Shown: positions 25,401 to 36,509 of the stretch, piece by piece
How positions within the stretch are numbered: the stretch's first letter is position 1
Layout: each line of letters begins with the position of its first letter
Origin: Alloascoidea hylecoeti
Lineage: Eukaryota
Assembly: GCA_001600815.1 (NCBI GenBank)
Contig: BCKZ01000002.1
Span: 1,310,294-1,374,293 of the forward strand
Length of the DNA stretch: 64,000 nt
Direction of reading: 5' to 3'
Position numbers and translations under genes: made by a program
The notes under the pieces: model-generated
What the model saw: the letters and a program-made list of their open reading frames with translations, nothing else
Database searches by the model: none
Told to the model about the DNA's origin: nothing

Positions 25401-28178
25401 TTTTTCCTCATCAAATCCACTATTTAAACTTGAATTTGTTTCTTCAGATAAAATTTTAGTATCTTTTACAAAACATTCCCATTCAACAGGATATAATTGT
25501 TTTAAATATTCCAATAAAGTAACTCTTGAAAATTGATCATCTTCTCTAATAATTTCTCTTAAAGAAAGTAAGATTTTCTCAGAATAATGTGGGACAAAAA
25601 CACTAAAAGTTGGCATATTATCAACAGGTAATGGTTCAGGAATAGGAGTTGCTAAAGATTGAGCAAAAAATGAAAGTCTTCTTTCAGCTTCAGAATTTTT
25701 TGGGAAAAACTCAGTATCAAAATTATTATCATCTTGTGAAACGAAAAAAGTTGGAGCTCTTAAAGTTTTTTTACTTTCAACTTCACTTGGAACTTGATGA
25801 TATAATAATTTTTGAACATGATCGATTGCTAATAAATGCTCTCTATACATTGATATAACAATAGCATTCCAAACTTGAGAAATTAAAACTTTTGGTTTAT
25901 ATTTAATTTCCATATCAGAAGTTGCTAAAATTTTTGAATAAATTCTTTTTGGTAATCTTGTAAAAATATTTCTCCATGGTGTTAAGATTGAAATACCCAA
26001 ATAAAAAGATTGTGCAACACTGAAAACAGTATTACAAATAATATACCACATATAAGTATCCAAAAAGAATAAAATCAAATCAATTGCGTACATCAACCCT
26101 AAAACGATTCTCGCCTGTTGTTTACATAACACGTTTCCAAACCAAACTTCACCAATACATCTGGTCATTGGCATAACAGATAAATTTCTAATTGGATCTC
26201 TCAAAGATAACGTTAAAAAGAAATAAGATTCTGCAAATTTAGCAACAAAAACAGTAAGCCACATTAAATAAGATAACCACATATCCATTCCTTGTAATTG
26301 ATAAAAAGAGGCAGTAAAAGTTTGAGAAGCAACATATCTTCTTGATTTTTTATTCATATAAGAAGTAAATAAACCACCAAGAGGCATAACTGAAAAGAAC
26401 AAAAATGTAAAAACAGCAATGAAAAAATCAATTACACCAACGATATGAGCAATCCGAGAATAAACATTTAATGGAGCCCAAGCAAATACAAAGACAGCAG
26501 GAGCTAAATTAATTGCTAACAACAGGAGTAAAAGCATTAATCTTCTTGTTAAATGTTGAGCACCAGCCCATCTTCTAGGAACAAAAGCCCATTCAGCAAA
26601 AGTAGCACCTATTTGAATTAAACAAGCAATAGTGCCAGCAAGAGCACAAGCAGTCCATCTTGAAGAAGGCGTAGGTTGATTATTTAACAATTGAACATAA
26701 TTTTTTGTATATAAAGTTGGAGAATTAAAAGCAGTATAAAACCAATACATTGTAATATGAATAACCCAAATTCTATTAAAATTTGTGAGGATATGCCACC
26801 AAGTTCTTGATTCTTTATAAGTTTTAAAGAAAACCATATCCCATTCGACATCACCTAAACGTAAGAAACGTTCCCCAGCGGGAATATCAACTAATCTATT
26901 ACCATCTTCAAATACGATTTTAGCAATACCTTCAGGATACCAAAATAATTGATTAATATCATCATAACCAATAATTTTATTATGTTCTTTTTCACGTTTA
27001 ACGAATTTTTCATCAACGATTTCATACATTTGATTTCTGATATATCTGTAAAGAGGAGTGATTACTCTATTTAAGAAATCACCTTCAGGAATTGGTTCTT
27101 GTCTTTGTTGACAAGCTTCAGAATTAAAATAATCATCAGCACATTTGTAAATAAAACATAAACATTCGGGCACAAAACGAACTTGATTTGCTTCACCCCA
27201 AAGACATAAATATAAAGCAACTTGTCGTACTCGTTCTTCAGGAGTTAAATTATTCATTCGTGTTTTCCAACGATATTCAGCTGCATCAAGAGACATATCA
27301 CCTTCTAATTCTTCCATTGCTTTTACAGGATTATCTTGATTATTTTCAACGGCTTGTCTTGCTTTTTTTGATTTTTTCTTTGCTTTACGAGCTTTTCTTG
27401 ATAATTTACCCAGACTCATATTTCTAAAACCAATTTCATCATCCATATCCAATTGTGCAGCAAAATACCATTTTCTGTAATTTGCATTATCACCACCAAT
27501 GTAATCGGCATGTAAAGATAATAAGGCTTGATTAGGAGTCATTCTTGAAGTTCTAGAATCCAATAGAACCATGAAATGGTCATACATATTACGCATTGAA
27601 TCCCTTTGGAACCCAAACTTGTTTGCCAAGTCTATGAAAATGTCCTCAATTTCTTCTTTGGTGACAGGGATTTGGTTGTCGGTGGTCCAAGCTGGGTAGG
27701 GTTCACGGGAAGCCTGATCCTGAGCGACCGAATAGTCTAAACCATATGTTGGAGTGGAGGCTCCTGAAGACCGATTACCAGGGTAAGAAGCCTGGGACGG
27801 GGTTGCGGCACCAGTTTCGTCATATTCATATTGTGGGTAGTTTTGGTAGGGAGGTTGGGCATACTGTTGACCGTATTGCTGATCGTATTGCTGACCGTAT
27901 TGCTGACCGTATTGAGGGTAGTCGGCCTCGGTATACTGTTGGTACATCTGGTAAGGTTCCTCTTGGTCTGGCTGTCGCATTGAAAAGTCCGAGAAGGACT
28001 CGTCGTGGGGAGGACGGGAGGACTGGCCGGGGGGGTAGTACTCGTCTGCATGAGGGTGCTGGGGATGCTGTTGGTGTCCGGACACTTGTGGGTCGTACTC
28101 AGCGGGATACTGGGAGCCGTGCACAGGGCCATACTGGTTCTCGTACTGGTCCTGTTCCTGGTTCCTACTATACGACAT
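22485..28178 (-). CDS. FKS1: 1,3-beta-glucan synthase catalytic subunit, 1897 aa
   Basis: [83 protein letters not shown] and [11 protein letters not shown]. Confidence 0.98.
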   Translation of the reverse strand: MSYSRNQEQDQYENQYGPVHGSQYPAEYDPQVSGHQQHPQHPHADEYYPPGQSSRPPHDESFSDFSMRQPDQEEPYQMYQQYTEADYPQYGQQYGQQYDQQYGQQYAQPPYQNYPQYEYDETGAATPSQASYPGNRSSGASTPTYGLDYSVAQDQASREPYPAWTTDNQIPVTKEEIEDIFIDLANKFGFQRDSMRNMYDHFMVLLDSRTSRMTPNQALLSLHADYIGGDNANYRKWYFAAQLDMDDEIGFRNMSLGKLSRKARKAKKKSKKARQAVENNQDNPVKAMEELEGDMSLDAAEYRWKTRMNNLTPEERVRQVALYLCLWGEANQVRFVPECLCFIYKCADDYFNSEACQQRQEPIPEGDFLNRVITPLYRYIRNQMYEIVDEKFVKREKEHNKIIGYDDINQLFWYPEGIAKIVFEDGNRLVDIPAGERFLRLGDVEWDMVFFKTYKESRTWWHILTNFNRIWVIHITMYWFYTAFNSPTLYTKNYVQLLNNQPTPSSRWTACALAGTIACLIQIGATFAEWAFVPRRWAGAQHLTRRLMLLLLLLAINLAPAVFVFAWAPLNVYSRIAHIVGVIDFFIAVFTFLFFSVMPLGGLFTSYMNKKSRRYVASQTFTASFYQLQGMDMWLSYLMWLTVFVAKFAESYFFLTLSLRDPIRNLSVMPMTRCIGEVWFGNVLCKQQARIVLGLMYAIDLILFFLDTYMWYIICNTVFSVAQSFYLGISILTPWRNIFTRLPKRIYSKILATSDMEIKYKPKVLISQVWNAIVISMYREHLLAIDHVQKLLYHQVPSEVESKKTLRAPTFFVSQDDNNFDTEFFPKNSEAERRLSFFAQSLATPIPEPLPVDNMPTFSVFVPHYSEKILLSLREIIREDDQFSRVTLLEYLKQLYPVEWECFVKDTKILSEETNSSLNSGFDEEKEDTLKNKIDDLPFYCIGFKSAAPEYTLRTRIWASLRSQTLYRTVSGFMNYSRAIKLLYRVENPEVVQMFGGNTEQLEQELERMARRKFKFLISMQRLTKFKPDEIENTEFLLRAYPDLQIAYLDEEPPLNEGEEPRLYSAVIDGHCEILENGKRRPRFRIQLSGNPILGDGKSDNQNHAIIFTRGEYLQLIDANQDNYLEECLKIRSVLAEFEELNSDTTNPYTPGIHSEPGHPVAILGAREYIFSENVGILGDVAAGKEQTFGTLFARCLAQIGGKLHYGHPDFLNQIFMTTRGGVSKAQKGLHLNEDIYAGMNAMLRGGRIKHCEYYQCGKGRDMGFGSILNFTTKIGAGMGEQMLSREYYYLGTQLPLDRFLSFYYAHPGFHINNLFIMMSVQLFMVVLMNIASLSHESIVCSYNKNTPITDPQYPWGCYNLASVIDWVRRYTLSIFIVFFISFIPMVVQELTERGIWKAVSRFCHHLASLSPLFEVFVCQIYANALTTDMSLGGARYISTGRGVATARIPFSVLYSRFATTSIYAGASCILMLLFGTVASWQPALLWFWASYVSLIIAPFVFNPHQFAWMDFFIDYRDFIRWLTRGNSKFHKNSWIGYVRMTRTRITGFKRKTIGDISEKVAGDSSRAHRTNVFFSEFCGSFIPAAAAFVAYTFINAQNGVKQYKDGSDVHKMNSVLRLVVCCLGPIVINMGVVLIMFGISCCMGPLLGVCCKRTASVTAGIAHGIAVVIHIVFFVVMWVLESFNFARMLIGVVACITIQQFVFSMMTVFLLTREFKHDNSNRAWWSGKWYGSGLGWMAFTQPARELVCKTIEQSYFAADFMLGHLLLFIQFPIVCIPLVDRWHSMMLFWLKPSKQIRPPIYSLKQTRLRNRMVRKYLTLFFLVMILFVVMIAGPAAASRVIKIDTIFKGDLFNKEGQLLYGFIQPTGQDNNDTGPENMPSTWLTTTPSTSSYSTKI

Positions 28179-28350
28179 TGAAGGTGTATAAAAAAGGGGA
28201 TAAAAGTGAAGAAAAAGAGAATCGGATCCAGAGAAATAAAAAATAAAAATAGTGCGGCCAGGTAGGTAAATGCTATACCTGATCTGTAGGTTACATCACG
28301 CAGGTACACATTCTGCATGCTGCTGTATCCGTCTATTCTCTCCTGCCTGA

Positions 28351-28417
28351 ACGCGTCTGTGATTGGCTTCTCAGTTTTCATAGCTCGATATAATTGGTTT
28401 GAGGATGTCTCGCGAAA
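28351..28417. promoter_or_regulatory. Candidate MCB (ACGCGT, 28351) and SCB (CGCGAAA, 28411) G1/S elements upstream of FKS1
   Basis: Exact consensus matches 170-240 bp upstream of the FKS1 ATG. FKS1 is G1/S-regulated in S. cerevisiae. Confidence 0.45.
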
Positions 28418-29082
28418 AAAAAACTATGCATGCGACTCCTTTGAGTATCTTTTAACCCAAACATTATGCAACGTCTTGTTACGACGTATTTCCGATAAAG
28501 CCACTCATCTTTATTATGTAATATAATATAATAATGTGTTTGTTCTTTGTTTCACAGCCACACATGATTGCCAATGAATAAACCTACATCCCTGCCAACG
28601 AATTGACAACTGATAAATATAAAACCCACACAATATTCACTATTGGGTACAATGGGTAGCCCATCATCCTCATCATAGCAATATATGGCCATGGGTCATC
28701 CTTACATGCACCAAGCTTCAAAGGGTCCCCACAGTCGCATCCAGTTGATTCTTTACGACATGCGTTGCTCAAAATTGCATTAGACCCAATTGCAACTAGG
28801 GAGTCGGGACCGGATGCAATTGAACGAACCCGAAGCTTCAGATATCACGTGCTCAATATCTAGGCTTTTAGTCTTGTTTAATCGTATGTGGGTATCTATT
28901 CATTAAATTAAGGGATATAGTAGTTATAAACTTACACACACGCGAAGAACATATATGACAAACACTACTTATAATTATACATGATTATCTGATCACTTTA
29001 CTGCATTATCGTCACTTTAATTAAAAACCAAAAGTTGTTTCGGTGTTTCTCTGTTTCAACTTCTTGATTATTTATACTAAAA

Positions 29083-30723
29083 TTAATAATCATCTTGAAA
29101 TGTTTTACATTCTATCCAATACATTTGAACATTATGCTTCTCCAACAATTCTAAAATTTTTTCTTCATCATCCATTAAAGTTGTTGTCCATTTCTTAAAA
29201 TATGGCCTTCTTATTGGACCTTCCCATACAAACGAACACTTATTTCCAGATACATCAGCAGGTTCTTCTTCTGGTTCATCATCATTATCTTCACTTTTTG
29301 GTCTTGGTTGTGCATTTTCTGTCCATTTAATTCGATTAAAAAGTAATTTCTTATATTTATTGATGTTTTCAATGGTACCTTCCACAATAATCATACTGAA
29401 TTTTGGTCCAATTACTGTTAATCCAGTAAAATCTAATTGTTTTGCATTAATATCAACTTTGTATTTATGTTGAGGATCAACTAATTTATCAATTTTGAAT
29501 ATAGCAGAATATACACCATCTCTTTTTTTTCTTTCTTCGTCTTTCTTTTTCTGTTTTTCATGTCGTTGCTCAGGGGTAAGTTTTCTATCCTCGTTCATCT
29601 TAACATGTGTATCATATCTTCCTTTGATTTCATTTCGTACTCTCATTTCAACCTGTGTTGGATCCTGAATATATTCATGTGATAATGCGCTCATTAAATT
29701 ACTGAGTTTAACTTTTGGTGGAGGTGCTGCATCTAAACCAAGACGTACTCTATCCTGTGTTACTTTATGACGTTCTTGTCTTTCATTCCTTCTTTTCTTT
29801 TTTAATTCTTTCTTTGTCATATATAAAACACTTGTAGTAGATGAATTATCACCCCAAGGAGTTGGTATTGGAATAGGATGTAAAATTAAATTATCAACTG
29901 CAGGATCATCACAATCAATATTTAATCTTGTTGAATCATTAATATGTTCATAATCTTTATCTTTTAATAATGGTTCATCCCACCATTCAATTATTGGAGG
30001 CCTTGAAACTTTATATTTTGTTTCATATATTGTTGTATCTGGTTCAAGACCAATTGCTTTACTTTTTTCTAAAAATTTCCTTTTTCTTTCTTCCATTTCT
30101 AATTTACGTCTTAATTCTTGTGCTTTTGCAATATATTTACCCTTTTGATTAAATATAAGATCTCGGTGTGTTCTCTCATGCCGCCGTGTATCCAAACTTG
30201 AATCAAAATATGGATTATTTCTATTATCTTCAGGTTCTATTGGATTTAATAATGGATTTGGTCCCTTTTTAATATTTGTTTTTGTTGGTTCTTTTTTAGT
30301 TATTAATGATGGATTTAAGAGTAATGGATGTAATGGAACATCCAATCCTCTTTGATCTCTTATATCTTCCTCCATAGGTGATGTATTTGATAATTTTCCT
30401 TTTAATGACTGATTTTTACTATTGATGTTCTTCATTAACGCAGCGATACGAGCATCTCTTTCTGAGACCTTAGAATCACCAATCAAAACTTTAGCATTAT
30501 TTATGGTATTCTTCAGAAGTTTTTGTCTTCGAACTTCTTCCATCTTCTTTTTAGCAGCTTCAGCTCTAGCTTTTAATTTAGCCTTTGCATCTTCTAACCA
30601 ACCCAGAGGATTTTGTTTTGGACCAGGAGCTTCGGTTGAACCATTGGCTTTATGCCTTTTTTCTGGAGTTCCCACCTCTGCCTTATCTGAACTGTGTCTT
30701 TTACGAGATACGGGGATATTCAT
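29083..30723 (-). CDS. PRP3: U4/U6 snRNP protein Prp3, 546 aa
   Basis: NPYFD, FNQKGKYI, PPIIEWWD, LYMTKKELKKKRR, RLGLDAAPPPKVKLSNLM, DPTQVE, HKYKVDINAKQL and RIKWTE. Confidence 0.95.
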   Translation of the reverse strand: MNIPVSRKRHSSDKAEVGTPEKRHKANGSTEAPGPKQNPLGWLEDAKAKLKARAEAAKKKMEEVRRQKLLKNTINNAKVLIGDSKVSERDARIAALMKNINSKNQSLKGKLSNTSPMEEDIRDQRGLDVPLHPLLLNPSLITKKEPTKTNIKKGPNPLLNPIEPEDNRNNPYFDSSLDTRRHERTHRDLIFNQKGKYIAKAQELRRKLEMEERKRKFLEKSKAIGLEPDTTIYETKYKVSRPPIIEWWDEPLLKDKDYEHINDSTRLNIDCDDPAVDNLILHPIPIPTPWGDNSSTTSVLYMTKKELKKKRRNERQERHKVTQDRVRLGLDAAPPPKVKLSNLMSALSHEYIQDPTQVEMRVRNEIKGRYDTHVKMNEDRKLTPEQRHEKQKKKDEERKKRDGVYSAIFKIDKLVDPQHKYKVDINAKQLDFTGLTVIGPKFSMIIVEGTIENINKYKKLLFNRIKWTENAQPRPKSEDNDDEPEEEPADVSGNKCSFVWEGPIRRPYFKKWTTTLMDDEEKILELLEKHNVQMYWIECKTFQDDY

Positions 30724-30913
30724 AATTAAATTTTGTGTTATAACTTACTATCAATTGAAATATATGAAGAAAAGTTTAGCAGAGAAGAGTAGTTAACATC
30801 CTTACACCTTTATATCACGTGTGCATTCCTCCTTTAAATTAAGCATGATTAAAAGGCGCTCATCTGTTTACCCTTTTGTTTATAGTTTTCAAACAAACAT
30901 AAAGTAATTTACT

Positions 30914-33547
30914 ATGGATAATTCATCATCACCAGGACCTCGTTCCTTTTTAGGAAAACCTATAGGGAAGCTCAAGTTGCCAAACAGCTTAATGGGTCCG
31001 GAACAGCAAACTGTAGAGGCCCTTGAGCCAAAATTACTTGCAATTAGTCAAGAGATATCTGCCCTTCAAGCGAAACTGGATAGTACTGAGGGTCATGTTT
31101 TAGAAACAAGGGAGGATTTTAAAAGTCTTTATGAACGTTCAAAGACAAATGCTGTTGCTTTAAATGAACTTATGAAAGATGTTAAAGAATCTTTGGAGAA
31201 GTCGGTGAATTCTAGGGATCTATTAGATCAAACTAATGGAAAATTGGTTCAAACTTTAGATACAAGTTCCAAACTTTATTATGAATTAAATACTCAAACA
31301 GAATCAATTCAAAAACAATTAGTTAATGTACAAGATTCTTTGAAAGATAGTGATATGTTGGATTTAAATCGTGCTAATAAGCAATTGCTGTTAACGTTAA
31401 GTGAAACAATAACTAATTCTACTGCAAAATCATTGGAAATTGTAACAAACCTGGAAAGTTCTATTCAAGAAAATGCAATTGGGTCTATTGCAAAACTTAC
31501 AGAAGATGTACGTAGTGGATTTGATGAATCACAAAATACATACACATTAGCTCTAGATAACTTAAAGAAATCTTTAGCATTATCTAATAAGGATACTGCG
31601 GATGGTGTAAAAGCAGAATATGATACATTCACTCAGGCCATTAAGGACTCAATTCAATCAATGTTAAAGGAAAATATTGATTTAACCAGTAAAGAAATTG
31701 GAAAAGTTTATGATGTAGTTTCAGATACTGATAAAAATAATGCTACTAATACATCTAAAATGAGTGATTTAATTACTAATGTTAAAAAATTATTGGATCG
31801 GGCTCCTATTTTAAAGGAAGATACTACATTTATTTGGAAAATTGATACTATTGTTAAAGGTATTGATGATTTGAAAAAAATATTAGCTAAAGATGCTGGA
31901 GATAGAGAAATTCTTTGGGAATTATATGCTAAATTAGAAGAAGGTGTTCCTGTTTTAGTTGAAAAGGAAGAAGAGTTAGTTAAAGGCGCTAAAAATGAAA
32001 TGTCTGATATTAAGGCTCTAATTAAAGCAAGATTTGATAGAGAACAAAATGAAAGAGATACAATTTCAAGAAATCATGATGAATTAAAGAGAATCCTTCA
32101 AGTTAGACTTGATGAATTATCACAACAATTAATGAATACATCTACTACTACTACTTCTGTTGGAGATGATGATGTTACTGACACGCCGAGAGCAATTACA
32201 ACAGTCTCGGTTTCAGCTTCAGATAATGCACAAATTGCTAAACTTATTGCTAATGTTGAATCCCTAGGTAAAAAATTAGAAGCTAATGGAACAGCTGCAC
32301 CAACCAATGATTTAAATGACAAGCTAGATAATATTTCAAAGAAAATCATTTCTTTGGAAACACAATTATCATCACATGGTACTAGTTCTGCTCCTCAAGA
32401 TTCTAAACAACTAAATGATATTGTACAAAAGATTGAAACTTTGAAAACATCTGTTGATCAAAACGTTGGTATTAAAGATATTGTATCAAAGGAACTTTCT
32501 TCTTTAGAAAAGCTCATTGAAAGTAAATTCGTACCAATAAATGAAAAATTGACTACATCTACAGAGTCATCTCCTCCATCGGAAGCTAAAAGTCAAGAGG
32601 TTTTACCAGTAAATGAAGAAATTAAAGAACTCTTAGCGAAATATAATTCTGATTTGGAGGCCAAATTAGACAATATTATTACAATTGGCGCTAAGAAGGA
32701 GGATGGTTCAACAGTTGATGCCAAGATTTCATCTCTTAATGAATTAATTTTAGAATTAAAAGACCAAGTAAATTCTTCTTTGAAAGATAATACACGCGCA
32801 GTGTCATCACAAGAAACTGTCAAGATTAATAACGATACATCAGATACCTTGAAGGAATCGGTTGATAATATTGCTACCTTATTAAACGAGGTAAAAAAAT
32901 CAAATACTTTAGAAGATGAATTATTACGGGTTAAGAGTGAGAATGAAGAGAATAAAAGAAAAATTGCCGAATTACAAGAGAAGTTGGGTCAAAATGGAAA
33001 TACACCACAAGAAACAATTGAACCTGATGCAGCCTTAGAAATTAATAAGTTAAGAGAAGAGAAGCAAAAACTTTTACTAGGAAATGCTCATTTGAAGGAA
33101 GCCTTTACTTCGAGATATAAGGAGTTCCAGAATTTGGAAGAAAGATATGAAAAATTCCAGACTAAATTAAATGAATCAATATTAGAGAAATATAAATTAC
33201 TCCTTAGCTCATCATCGTCATCATCTGTTACTGTTGTCGATTCTGTGGATGACGACATTAATGAAAAAAGAAGAAGATACACCGATATGTTTCATACAAC
33301 AACATCATCTTTCACCACCCCGATGCATAATGGGAACGCATTAGAATTGAAAACCAATGGACATGCTGAAGAAAATGGGGAATCCAGTGATAAGGAGCCA
33401 CCCTCAACACCTACCAAAATAAAAACCCCCACAGGCGAGGAAACTAAAGGAGAAGAAAAGGACCAAGAGCAACAACTTTTAACACCTCAAAATGTCGAGG
33501 ATTCTACCACATCCATAGCCACTGAAGTCATCAAAGAGGAAGAATAA
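30914..33547 (+). CDS. Uncharacterised long coiled-coil protein, 877 aa
   Basis: Long intact ORF with heptad-rich K/E/L/S composition and no recognised catalytic motif. It is divergent from PRP3 across a ~190-bp gap. Confidence 0.75.
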   Translation: MDNSSSPGPRSFLGKPIGKLKLPNSLMGPEQQTVEALEPKLLAISQEISALQAKLDSTEGHVLETREDFKSLYERSKTNAVALNELMKDVKESLEKSVNSRDLLDQTNGKLVQTLDTSSKLYYELNTQTESIQKQLVNVQDSLKDSDMLDLNRANKQLLLTLSETITNSTAKSLEIVTNLESSIQENAIGSIAKLTEDVRSGFDESQNTYTLALDNLKKSLALSNKDTADGVKAEYDTFTQAIKDSIQSMLKENIDLTSKEIGKVYDVVSDTDKNNATNTSKMSDLITNVKKLLDRAPILKEDTTFIWKIDTIVKGIDDLKKILAKDAGDREILWELYAKLEEGVPVLVEKEEELVKGAKNEMSDIKALIKARFDREQNERDTISRNHDELKRILQVRLDELSQQLMNTSTTTTSVGDDDVTDTPRAITTVSVSASDNAQIAKLIANVESLGKKLEANGTAAPTNDLNDKLDNISKKIISLETQLSSHGTSSAPQDSKQLNDIVQKIETLKTSVDQNVGIKDIVSKELSSLEKLIESKFVPINEKLTTSTESSPPSEAKSQEVLPVNEEIKELLAKYNSDLEAKLDNIITIGAKKEDGSTVDAKISSLNELILELKDQVNSSLKDNTRAVSSQETVKINNDTSDTLKESVDNIATLLNEVKKSNTLEDELLRVKSENEENKRKIAELQEKLGQNGNTPQETIEPDAALEINKLREEKQKLLLGNAHLKEAFTSRYKEFQNLEERYEKFQTKLNESILEKYKLLLSSSSSSSVTVVDSVDDDINEKRRRYTDMFHTTTSSFTTPMHNGNALELKTNGHAEENGESSDKEPPSTPTKIKTPTGEETKGEEKDQEQQLLTPQNVEDSTTSIATEVIKEEE

Positions 33548-34482
33548 TAGACACTTATAATATTTCTGCAGTATTCCAAAAATAATCTCTTGTCATTTAT
33601 GTTTTTTCCATTATCTAGTATATCATTTGATTTTATTTCATTTGCGAATGATTTTTTGAGATCATACTATTTATTTTTATTCTTTATACCATGTTTCAAG
33701 AAAAGTCCGTCATATTCTCATTACTTTATATAAAAGCCAGACATTCTATAATGTAGGTAATATTAACTAACTAATATATACAAAAATAAGATATTAATCC
33801 TACGCTTCCTTTCTTCACTTTCATCTCTCAAAACGTGTAAAAATTTTGTATATATAATCCTCTCATAATCCAATTCTATACTTCAATTGCAATTTTCAAG
33901 ACATTCATTGGTTTGCGTATTGTAGGAGCCATCTTCAACTTTGTTCTCAGAATATCATAACCATTTTAAATATGTATATAATCCTTTTATCTCTATCTTT
34001 CTTATTTTCAATTTTAATAAACAGTTCAATGGGGACGTTTTAATATCTTATGTGTGTTTACCACTGGTTAGGACATGCATAATCTCTGGAGTTTGTTTTC
34101 TACTTCAACTTGATAGGGGTTTGGATATTCAACACAATCCGCCTAAAATTACCTTTACTTACATATCTCGTTGTTCTAAAATAAACAATATTGATAACTA
34201 AATAGGTTCCCAACATATTTTCAAGCTTAAGAATGATCGGTATCAATCTTATTACACACGTCATTTTTTTTTAAACGTCCATTTTGTCAAACTTTAGCAT
34301 TCATTAAATATAGTTAGCCATAAATTGTTTAGTTGATTTTCATTGAACTCATCAGTTTAAACTTGCAAATTATCACCATTATCACACGCGTTGATATTAG
34401 AGTGTAAGTTATACATATATTTATGGATTTCACTTTAATAATATCTATAGCGATCGCATTTTTGCTTTTTCGAAATTCAATT

Positions 34483-35525
34483 TCAATTGAATTCTATCAT
34501 CTTTTCTTCTTCTTTACCATTTGCGTTTACATTATAATAATTAATTAAATGCTCACATATGCCTACCCACGGAGTACTTTCTGGAGCTTTTAATTTATTC
34601 CAAATTAAGTTTGATGAAGCTCTTATGGAATCATTTTTGTGTTGTAATCCAAACGCAAATACCTCACTATGCTCAGCACAAATGATATCTCCAAACATTT
34701 CACAACAAATGCAAGCCGACAAGGAGGTTAACCAAGATACCATCCTATCTTCCAAGGATTCTTTAAGTCTACTCTTAAATGATGACTCTAGTCTATTTAA
34801 GGAAATAAAAGCGATAGTCAGACAATTAACTAAATTTGAATTAAATAAAATTTCAAATTCCATGTCAATTAGTTCAATTGTTTCTTCCCCATTTATTTTT
34901 AATAGATCATCAAAACATTTTAAGATGAGGACTTTGGCGGTTGCTCGTAATTGTGACCCCAATATCAGAATTAAGATCGAAAATAACTTCTTCCTGATTG
35001 GGATACTTGAGAATCTACCACAATAAGAAACGGAAGAAATAAATCTGAGGTATACATCTTCTGTTTGAAATCTAGAAGCCGAATGACCAATTAACGGCTT
35101 ATCTCTTGATTTTTTTTTAATTGAACTGCTGAATAGATGCCAATAATTTGAAACCGCTCCACTTGTACTCCATTAACTGTGTTTCTTATCAGATTGTCAT
35201 AATAATCAAAAAACTTCAGATCGACTTCTAAGAAAAAGCTTATCGTATCCGTGAATTTTTCAGTCAAGTAGTTATCAAAATATTCTTTAATATTTGTAGG
35301 ATTATGAGAGATCATGTGTTCAATGAAGTTTATAACCAGGGAATAATATAATTGTGGTATGGGATGAGTAAAGATGAATTTGATTACTTCTTGGAGCTCT
35401 TCAGTTGAAATATCGCTACCTGTAAAACGCAACACGAACTGTTTCGTTAAAAATTTAATATCCTCCTCATCGATAGTTAGATTTTGAAATAATTTACTAG
35501 CTGTAGTTTTGTTGAGAATTATCAT
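34483..35525 (-). pseudogene. Frameshifted helical-repeat ORF, possibly a Rif1-like fragment (~347 aa if joined)
   Basis: The two minus-strand ORFs join if one A is added to the A9 run at 35110-35118. The second frame is open from there to 34483. GLQHKNDSIRASSNLIWN resembles the end of the Rif1 HEAT region. Confidence 0.45.
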
Positions 35526-36055
35526 TTGAAGGAATAAAGGAAGAGAAGATTGAGAAATAAATCTCGAAAGTAGTGTATCTACGTTAAAACCGCGCGCTTA
35601 CCGTCCTTCACAGTTTTTATGTTTTTGACATAACAAATTATTATTTTTTAATTGATTTTGGTAATTTTGATAATTTAAATCTATTATCTAGTCTTATACA
35701 TTTCATAGAAAACAAAAAGCCATGCATATAATAACTAGGGGCAGCGCGTGGTGCCACACACACGCTAAATCCCATGAGAAAATGGACCCTAAAAGTGTGG
35801 AATCCTAAGATTTTGGTTCTTGCATATGCATGCATATCATGTGTGGCTTCTATTATAACGTGAGGTTACTCTTAAATCTAACTCTTATTTCCAAAGATAT
35901 TTCATCTTCAGAATTGGGTAGTCTGTTTTTATTGTGTGTGTCATCTTCATTAATCTCATTCATATACTTTCTCCCTTTTAGTGTATTTAATTTAGCCATA
36001 ACTCTAGCAATTAAAATCCTTAATCTTCCAATTTATCACTTGAAGAAGTTGATAT

Positions 36056-36128
36056 TTTTGTATATTTGTCCTTGAATTAGAAAGATAAAAATAAAATTTT
36101 GTATATTTGCCCTTGGATTAGAAAGATA
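36056..36128. repeat. 32-bp imperfect direct duplication
   Basis: TTTTGTATATTTGTCCTTGAATTAGAAAGATA (36056-36087) versus TTTTGTATATTTGCCCTTGGATTAGAAAGATA (36097-36128). Confidence 0.85.
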
Positions 36129-36509
36129 TTGTGAAACCACTGATTGTGATTCTTATCATAGTTACTTTTTTTCTTTCCTTTGCTTCTATAAATTTCCTTC
36201 GTACTTCTAACAATATATCCCGAAAAGCTCCATAATTTTCCAATTGTTGATTGTCTTCATTATCTATATCAAATTTGAAGTATTTATTGGTAATTCTGTA
36301 TTATGTTCTAATATATCATCGAGACTTTATAAACCAAAATCTGGAGTTGAAATTGGTAAGAAAATCTCAGTTGCTCGGTTTAATTGAAAATCACCATCTA
36401 TCCATTTATTGGAATTATATTATTGCGATCATTTGTACTAAAATTACCCGACTTTGATGTAAGCTCTAAAATAATTCAATAATTGATTATTCTCCCAGAT
36501 CAACGTACG

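Noticed and set aside
27737..28381. 214-aa and 166-aa ORFs overlapping the FKS1 start
   Set aside because: Explained by the local GC-rich, stop-poor sequence; no recognisable motifs.
34559..35026. 155-aa plus-strand ORF
   Set aside because: Antisense shadow of the frameshifted minus-strand gene.
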